Shown here piece after piece: positions 58,193 through 64,000 of a stretch of DNA of 64,000 bases. The number at the start of each line of letters is the position of its first letter. Position 1 is the stretch's first letter. The stretch lies in contig OY970235.1 in assembly GCA_963714145.1 (NCBI GenBank), positions 9,946,137 through 10,010,136 on the forward strand. Direction: 5' to 3'. The notes under the pieces were generated by a model. That model saw only the letters and a list, made by a program, of their open reading frames with translations, searched no databases and was not told the origin of the DNA. The translations under genes and the position numbers were made by a program. The DNA comes from an uncultured Actinomycetota bacterium (GTDB lineage: Bacteria > Actinomycetota > Actinomycetes > Mycobacteriales > CADCTP01).

Positions 58193-59067
58193 GCTGGCCG
58201 GTTCAGCCAGCCGAGTCGGTCCAGACCGCGTCGGGTTGCGGCGGCCGCGAACGCCAGTGCGTACAGGGCTACCAGTGCCAGCACGACGGTGGCGCCCGAG
58301 GCCAGCCGCAGCCCGTGGTAGACCGAGGCCTGGTACGAGGCGGCCAGCCCGAGCCAGCCGGCCAGCGTGCCGCCGGCGACCGCGGCCGGCAGGATCACGG
58401 TCAGCCGGTCCGACAGCAGCCGGGCCGCGGCCGCCGGGATGACCAGCAGCGCGATCACCAGCACCGTGCCGACCGCCTTGACCGCGGCCACCACGACGAG
58501 TGCCACCAGCACGTTCAGCGCCAGGTCCAGCAGCGGGATCCGGTAGCCGAGTGCGGCGGCACCGTCCGGGTCGAACGCCCGGAGCAGGAACTCCTTGCCG
58601 AGCAGGGCCAGCGCGACCAGCACGACCGCGGCGACCACCGCGGTCTCGACGATCTCCCGGCGGTCGACGAACAGGATGCGGCCGAACAGGAACCCGGTCA
58701 GGTCGGCGGTGTACGAGGTGCGCCGGGAGACCAGCACCACGCCGACCGAGAAGAAGCCGGTGAGCAGGATGGCCAGCGTGGCGTCCTCGGTGACCCGCCG
58801 GTTCGCCGACAGCACGGTCAGCAGCACCGCGGACAGCACCGCGAACAGCAGCGCGCCCCAGACGATGCCGCGGGTCTGCGCGACCAGGTAGCCCAGCACC
58901 ACGCCGGGGAACACGGTGTGGGTGAGCGCGTCCGAGACGAATGCCAGCCGGCGCAGCAGGACGAACACGCTCACCATGCCGCCGAGCGCGCCGAGCAGCA
59001 GCGCCTCGATCAGCGCACGCTGCATGAACGGCAGCGCGAACGGCTCGACCAGCAGCCGGTGCAGCAC
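58189..59067 (-). CDS. Metal (Zn/Mn) ABC transporter permease
   Basis: LLRRLAFVSDALTHTVFPG, FLFGRIL, AVGTVLVIALLVIPAAAA. Confidence 0.9.
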   Translation of the reverse strand: MLHRLLVEPFALPFMQRALIEALLLGALGGMVSVFVLLRRLAFVSDALTHTVFPGVVLGYLVAQTRGIVWGALLFAVLSAVLLTVLSANRRVTEDATLAILLTGFFSVGVVLVSRRTSYTADLTGFLFGRILFVDRREIVETAVVAAVVLVALALLGKEFLLRAFDPDGAAALGYRIPLLDLALNVLVALVVVAAVKAVGTVLVIALLVIPAAAARLLSDRLTVILPAAVAGGTLAGWLGLAASYQASVYHGLRLASGATVVLALVALYALAFAAAATRRGLDRLGWLNRPA

Positions 59068-59082
59068 GTCAGCGGGCCCCTG

Positions 59083-60040
59083 TCAGCTGAGACCGTCCAC
59101 AATGGTCTGGGTGTTGTGCTCCTCCATCTTGAGGTACGTGTCGCCGGCCGATCCGGCCGGGCCCAGCGTGTCGCCGTAGAGTGCGTCTTCGCCGCCGATC
59201 ACCCGGACGCCGGCCTCCCGGCCGATCGTCTGCGCGGTCTTCGGCGGCAGCGACGCCTCGGAGAAGATCGCCTTCACCCCGGTGGCCTTGATCTTGGCCA
59301 CCAGGTCGGTGATGTCCTTACCGGACAGCTCGGCCGACGTGTCGAAGCTGGGGATGATCGAGCCGACGAACTGCAGCCGGTAGCGGTCGATATAGTAGCC
59401 GAACGCGTCGTGGTTGGTCACCAGCTTGCGCTGGCCGGCCGGCAGCGCGTCGATCCGGGTCTGGATGTCGCGGTCCAGCGCGTCCAGCTTCGCGGCGTAC
59501 GCGGTGTCGTTGCGCTGGAACAGCGCCGCGTCGGCCGGATCCTTTGTGGACAGCCCGACCGCGATGTTGTGGGCCATGATCTTGGCATTCCGCGGGTTCT
59601 GCCAGATGTGCGGGTCGCCGGCCTTCTCCTCGTCGGTGCCGTTGCCGGTCCGGATCGGCACGCCCTGGCTGGCGTCGACCACGGTGCCCTCGAAGCCGGC
59701 GGACGAGATCGCCTCGTCCAGGAACTTCTCCAGCCCGACGCCGTTCTTGACCACCACGTCGGCCAGCGCGATCGCCTGCACGTCGGCCGGCGAGGCCTCG
59801 TAGTCGTGCGGGTCGACGTTCGGCTTGAGCAGCTTGGGTCAGCTGGATCCGGTCGCCGCCGATGTTGCGGGCGAAGTCGGCGACCTGCGTGGTGGTCGCC
59901 ACCACCCGCACCCGCGCCGGCCCGTCGCCGGATCCGGCGGCGCTCGGGCTGGCCGTCGGGCCGCAGCCGGCCAGCGCCCAGCCGAGCAGGCCGGCGGTGC
60001 TCAGCCCGGCGATCGCGAGGGAGAACGAGCGTGTTCGCAC
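59083..60040 (-). pseudogene. ZnuA/TroA-type metal-binding lipoprotein with a +1 frameshift near 59835 (pseudogene or sequencing error)
   Basis: Lipobox LAGC, VVATTTQVAD; ACC CA[A]G CTG CTC AAG CCG AAC GTC GAC CCG CAC GAC TAC restores DPHDYE, then DPHIW and HDAFGY. Confidence 0.85.
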
Positions 60041-60070
60041 CGAACGGCTCCTTGCTGTACGGGAGACAAC

Positions 60071-60088
60071 ATGGAAACCGTTTCTATT
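60071..60088. promoter_or_regulatory. Zur/Fur-box-like palindrome ATGGAAACCGTTTCTATT
   Basis: AT-rich imperfect palindrome about 30 bp upstream of the metal-binding protein start. Confidence 0.6.
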
Positions 60089-60127
60089 ACGGATGTCAAG
60101 TTGATCGACCGGACCGGGTCGTCGGGC

Positions 60128-60949
60128 TCAGTACGCCTCACCCAGCGGCACGTCGCACCACTGCCCACCGACCCGGTACAGCACCGGGTCGCCGGTCCAG
60201 TCCGGCTCGCCCTCGGCTGCGATGATCTGCTCGGCGTACTCCTCGGCGTCGTCCTTCGGGACGAAGCCGAGCGCCTCGCCCTCGGCCAGCGACCACCAGC
60301 GCCGGGTGTTCCGGCTGATTCCCCAGACCAGCCGGAAGCCGGGGGAGTCGACCGCCAGGCACGCCTCGATCAGCCGGGCGCCGTCGTCCGGGGAAAGCCA
60401 CATCGCCAGCCCGCGCAACCCCGGCGGGGTGGGGAACCAGAGCCCGATGCGCAGGCAGATAACGTCCAGCCCGTACCGGTCGTGGTACATCCGGCCGGCC
60501 GCCTCCACCGCCACCTTGGACCAGCCGTAGAGCGTGTCCGGCCGCGCCGGCAGGTCGGCGGGCAGTTCGGTGCCGGGAGTCTCCACGCTGGAATGGAAGC
60601 CGACCGCATGGCTGGACGAGGCGAGCACCACCCGGGTCACGCCGGCCCGGCGGGCGGCTTCCAGCACGCAGTACGTCCCGTACGCGTTGACCCGCAGCAC
60701 CTCGTCCGCGGCGGCCTCCCGGCTCTGCCCGCCGAGATGCACCACCGCGTCCATGCCGGTGCACGCCGTGGTCATCGCGTCCAGGTCGGTGACCGAGGCG
60801 AGCATGTGCTCCTCGGCTTCCAGCGGCAGGTCGAGCCGTTCCGGCTGGCGGATGTCCAGCAGGCGCAGTTGCCGCCCGGGCCGGGCCAGCCGGGGCCGCA
60901 GCGAGGTGGCCACCATGCCGGCCGCGCCGGTGACGAGGATCCGCTCCAT
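60128..60949 (-). CDS. NAD-dependent epimerase/dehydratase, uronate-dehydrogenase-like
   Basis: ATG 60949; LVTGAAG, VVHLGG, ASSSHAVGF, RPDTLYGWSK, CLRIG, WLSPDD. Confidence 0.88.
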   Translation of the reverse strand: MERILVTGAAGMVATSLRPRLARPGRQLRLLDIRQPERLDLPLEAEEHMLASVTDLDAMTTACTGMDAVVHLGGQSREAAADEVLRVNAYGTYCVLEAARRAGVTRVVLASSSHAVGFHSSVETPGTELPADLPARPDTLYGWSKVAVEAAGRMYHDRYGLDVICLRIGLWFPTPPGLRGLAMWLSPDDGARLIEACLAVDSPGFRLVWGISRNTRRWWSLAEGEALGFVPKDDAEEYAEQIIAAEGEPDWTGDPVLYRVGGQWCDVPLGEAY

Positions 60950-61139
60950 CCGCCTGCCTCCGAGTCTGATGTGGACGGTGCCGGAGCGCCGGCCCGGGAA
61001 GCCCGGAAGGGCACGGCAGGGACTGGACCTGCCGTGCCCCTCCGCCCACCGGCCACTCTCCCAGCCGGGGACGCGTGGGTCAGACGTGACCGACCCAGCG
61101 GTCACGATCCCCTTGACGTTGAGTGTTGAACCCGAGGGT

Positions 61140-61192
61140 ATTCATCCTGCTGAATGAGATTCAGATTAATGAACAGGACATAGACGTGTCAA
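61140..61192 (-). promoter_or_regulatory. Promoter (TTGACA N17-18 TTAATC/TAATCT) with TGAAT/ATTCA inverted repeats
   Basis: AT-rich patch; -35 at 61192-61187; TGAAT-GAG-ATTCA at 61151-61163. Confidence 0.5.
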
Positions 61193-61225
61193 TGCGGTCA
61201 CCGGGTCGTGTGGAGCCTCGTCGGG

Positions 61226-62071
61226 TCAGCCGGCAGGTGGCAGATCCCGGACCGATTTCCCGCCCAGGTAGGCGTGTTCCGGGTCGTCCGGGTCCGGCTC
61301 GCCGCCGGCCGGCAGTTCGCTGGCCAGCACCTCGGCGGCATGGTCCTCGGCGTTGTCGACCGGGTCGAAGCCGAGCGCCCGGCCCGGGCCCAGATCCCAC
61401 CAGCCGCGGGTGTTCGCGGAGATGCCGTAGACCACCGCGTAGCCCAGGTCCGGCGCGGTCAGGCTGGCGTGCACCAGCCGGACCAGATCGGCCGGGCTGA
61501 GCCAGGTGGACAGCTGCCGCAGCGTGGTCGGCTTCGGGAAGGCGGAACCGATCCGCAGGCTCACCACCTGCATCCCGTACTTGTCCACGTAGAGCCGGCC
61601 GAGCGCCTCGCCGAAGCACTTGGCCAGGCCGTTGAGCGTGTCCGGGCGGGGCGGCAGGTCGACGCCGGCCCACGGCTGCCGCGGCGTGAAGCCGACCGCG
61701 TGGTTGCTGCTGGCGAACACGACCCGGCGCACACCGGCCCGCCGGGCCGCCTCGAAGACCTGGTAGGTGCCGTCGATGTGGATCGACAGCGTCGCCGGCC
61801 AACTGGCCTCCCGGGGCAGCCCGGCCAGGTGCACGACCGCGGCCACCCCGGTCATCGCCGCGGCCAGCGCGGCCGGGTCGAGGATGTCGGCCAGCACCGC
61901 GTCCGGCTCGTCCGGCAGCGGTACCAGGTCGAGCAGCCGCAGCCGCCAGCCCAGCGCCGGCAGGCCGCGGCGCAGCATCGTGCCGACCCGGCCGGCGGCG
62001 CCGGTGACCAGCACCGGCGCCGCCCCGGCTCCGTCCACTGTGGAACCCCCCGGCCCGGTCACCACGCCCAC
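61226..62071 (-). CDS. Second uronate-dehydrogenase-like NAD-dependent epimerase (start uncertain)
   Basis: LVTGAAGRVG, VVHLAG, ASSNHAVGF, RPDTLNGLAK, SLRIGS, WLSP.D. Confidence 0.88.
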   Translation of the reverse strand: MGVVTGPGGSTVDGAGAAPVLVTGAAGRVGTMLRRGLPALGWRLRLLDLVPLPDEPDAVLADILDPAALAAAMTGVAAVVHLAGLPREASWPATLSIHIDGTYQVFEAARRAGVRRVVFASSNHAVGFTPRQPWAGVDLPPRPDTLNGLAKCFGEALGRLYVDKYGMQVVSLRIGSAFPKPTTLRQLSTWLSPADLVRLVHASLTAPDLGYAVVYGISANTRGWWDLGPGRALGFDPVDNAEDHAAEVLASELPAGGEPDPDDPEHAYLGGKSVRDLPPAG

Positions 62072-62141
62072 GGTTCGCCTCCTCGCTCGCTCCGCGCCTC
62101 GGCGCCCCAGACGGCACCTCGATGCTCACTCGCTCGTCGGC

Positions 62142-63299
62142 TCACCACCGCGCCAGCACGTTCGCGTCGATGTGGGCGAAGTCGAACTCGTCGCCGAGCC
62201 CGGGCCGGGTGGGCATCGCCACCCGGCCCTGCGCGTCCATCGCGTCCACCTGGGACAGCAGATGCGGGGGCAGCTCGTCGTAGTCCACCAGCGGGTGCAG
62301 CAGGCCGCGCTCGTACCAGCGCCCGTTGCTGCTGGCGCCGAGCACGGCCAGGTTGCCGGAGCCGCCGCCGTGCACTTCGCAGTCCATCCCGAACGCCTCG
62401 GCCAGGTGCATCGCCTTGAGCGTCGGCCCGATGCCGCCGACATCGGTGACGCCGGCGCGCAGGATGTCGCAGCCGCCGGCGGCCACCCACTCGGCCCGGC
62501 TCAGGTGCTTGCCCCAGGACGTCTCCGGCCCGATCACCGGCACCGCGAGCTGGTCGGCCAGCCACCGGTACGACTGCACCGAGGCCTCTTCCATCGGCTC
62601 CTCGAACCAGTAGTAGTCCAGCTCGTCCAGGGCCCGGCCGAGCCGGAGCGCGTCGGTGCGGCTGTACCAGTGGTACGCGTCCAGCATCAGCGCGATGTCC
62701 GGCCCGACCGCGTCCCGGACGGCGGTGCAGGCGGCGATGTCGAGGTCCACGTTCGCACCGCCGCGGGCCGGTGGCATCCAGGTGTGCAGTTTGATCGCCC
62801 GGTAGCCCAGTTCGACCAGCTGCTTGCCGAACGCCGCGTAGTCGGCCGGGGTGGCCAACCCGCCGGGGATCTCGTCCCCGCACATCGTGCTCGCGTACGC
62901 CGGGATGCTCGGTCGCGCACCGCCGAGCATCAGCCAGACCGGCAGCCCGGCCACCCGGCCGGCGAGGTCGGCCAGAGCCAGCTCGACGTAGCTGAGCGCG
63001 CGGTCGGTGAGCAGCCCGTGCGCGCCGCGCTGGCGGTGCGCCAGCCGGTTCCACAGCAGCTCCCGGTGCAGCGGGTCGGCGCCCAACAGCACCGGCCGGA
63101 CGTGGCCGGCCAGCACCCACTCGCGCAGGTGCTCCGGATGCGCCAGGCAGTAGCCGGCCGCGCCGTCGGAATCGGTGATGGTCAGCAGCGCCTCGCGGAC
63201 GTCGTGGAGCTGGCCGGGGTGGCGGTGCCCGGCACTGTCCACTTCGGTCCTCGCGGTGCTCCGGAAGACCGTGACGGTGACCTGCTCGATGGTGGCCAT
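62142..63299 (-). CDS. Mandelate racemase / muconate-lactonizing (enolase superfamily) acid-sugar dehydratase
   Basis: AIKLH, LMLDA, WFEEP, GPE, GGIG...H, EVHGG, RPGLG. Confidence 0.9.
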   Translation of the reverse strand: MATIEQVTVTVFRSTARTEVDSAGHRHPGQLHDVREALLTITDSDGAAGYCLAHPEHLREWVLAGHVRPVLLGADPLHRELLWNRLAHRQRGAHGLLTDRALSYVELALADLAGRVAGLPVWLMLGGARPSIPAYASTMCGDEIPGGLATPADYAAFGKQLVELGYRAIKLHTWMPPARGGANVDLDIAACTAVRDAVGPDIALMLDAYHWYSRTDALRLGRALDELDYYWFEEPMEEASVQSYRWLADQLAVPVIGPETSWGKHLSRAEWVAAGGCDILRAGVTDVGGIGPTLKAMHLAEAFGMDCEVHGGGSGNLAVLGASSNGRWYERGLLHPLVDYDELPPHLLSQVDAMDAQGRVAMPTRPGLGDEFDFAHIDANVLARW

Positions 63300-63309
63300 G
63301 GCGGTCAGC

Positions 63310-64000
63310 TCACTTGTGCCGCTTGTCCCACTCCGCCTGGGCGCCGGTCAGCTTGTCGCCCAGTTGCTTGACGAAGTCGGCCGCCGACAGCTGGCCGAGC
63401 AGCACCTTCTGGTACAGCGGCTCGCTGTCCGCCTTGGTGATCGCGGAGTACTGCGGCAGGTACACCGGTGCCTCGACGATCGTGGTCGCCGGGTTGCGGA
63501 CCAGGGCCAGCGCGTCCTTCACCGCCGCGTTCTGCCCGATCCAGGCCTCGCTCTCGACCTCGGAGTTGGCCGGAATCTGGCCGACCTTCTCGTTCCAGTA
63601 GCTGTTGCTCTCCTTGGAGACCAGGAACTCGGCGAACTTCCAGGCCGCGTCCTTGTGCTTGCTGGCCTTGAACACGGCGAACCCGTCCACCGGGTTGGCG
63701 ACCACGGTCGACTTGCTGCCATCCGTCGAGGGCAGCGGCACCGCGGCCACCTTGTCCCCGAACGCCTTCTTCACGTCCGACGAGGAGCCCAGGTTGTGAT
63801 GCATCATCGCGACCGAGCCGCTGGTGAACTCGGCCACCATCTGCGGGTAGCCGTTGTTCACGTCGGCGGCCGGGGTGGCCTTCTTGAACAGCTTGGACAT
63901 CCGGTCCACCAGCTCGGCGTTCTTCGGTGTGTCCACAGTGGACTTGCTGGCGTCGAAGAACCCGGTCTGGCCGGAGTAGGCGTACATCTCGGCGAGCAGT
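63310..64000 (-). CDS. Carbohydrate ABC transporter substrate-binding protein (5' part beyond the window)
   Basis: F.SG.VAMM.H, DGFAVFKASKHKDAAWKFAEFL; the frame is open to the window edge. Confidence 0.85.
   Translation of the reverse strand, partial: LLAEMYAYSGQTGFFDASKSTVDTPKNAELVDRMSKLFKKATPAADVNNGYPQMVAEFTSGSVAMMHHNLGSSSDVKKAFGDKVAAVPLPSTDGSKSTVVANPVDGFAVFKASKHKDAAWKFAEFLVSKESNSYWNEKVGQIPANSEVESEAWIGQNAAVKDALALVRNPATTIVEAPVYLPQYSAITKADSEPLYQKVLLGQLSAADFVKQLGDKLTGAQAEWDKRHK

Overview
A very GC-rich actinobacterial chromosome segment (Micromonosporaceae-like by gene content; inference). I see no rRNA, tRNA or CRISPR array. Left to right: (1) 1-11.2 kb, a divergently transcribed sugar-acid catabolic locus (SDR, MaoC, signal-less solute-binding protein and CoA-transferase on the minus strand; RraA-type aldolase, split UxaA, carbohydrate ABC transporter, aldo/keto reductase and FAH on the plus strand). 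(2) 11.2-16.4 kb, a GH30/GH18/GH16 secreted glycanase operon; the GH30 gene carries a +1 frameshift. (3) 16.7-34.5 kb, mixed genes: atypical hisS, Tat-exported CE15 esterase, Ig-repeat protein, CBM2-GH5 cellulase, beta-lactamase-like protein, orphan FkbH and a CorA-like protein. (4) 34.6-38.4 kb, a coupled MauE/MauD/MauF-like operon around a Tat-exported 12-Cys peptidoglycan-binding protein; the MauF-like gene has an in-frame UGA followed by a hairpin. (5) 38-48.7 kb, metabolic genes including an FdhF/YdeP-FdhD-OxlT module. (6) 48.7-57.3 kb, an island of three large unexplained genes bracketed by IS5 fragments. (7) 57.3-64 kb, a metal ABC set without an ATPase and with a frameshifted binding protein, then a second sugar-acid cluster. 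The palindrome TCCACWGTGGA occurs 10 times perfectly across the window, inside and between genes. The best candidates for new biology are the Mau-like/UGA operon, the three-gene island and this iterated palindrome. All family calls come from motif recognition by eye, not database searches.
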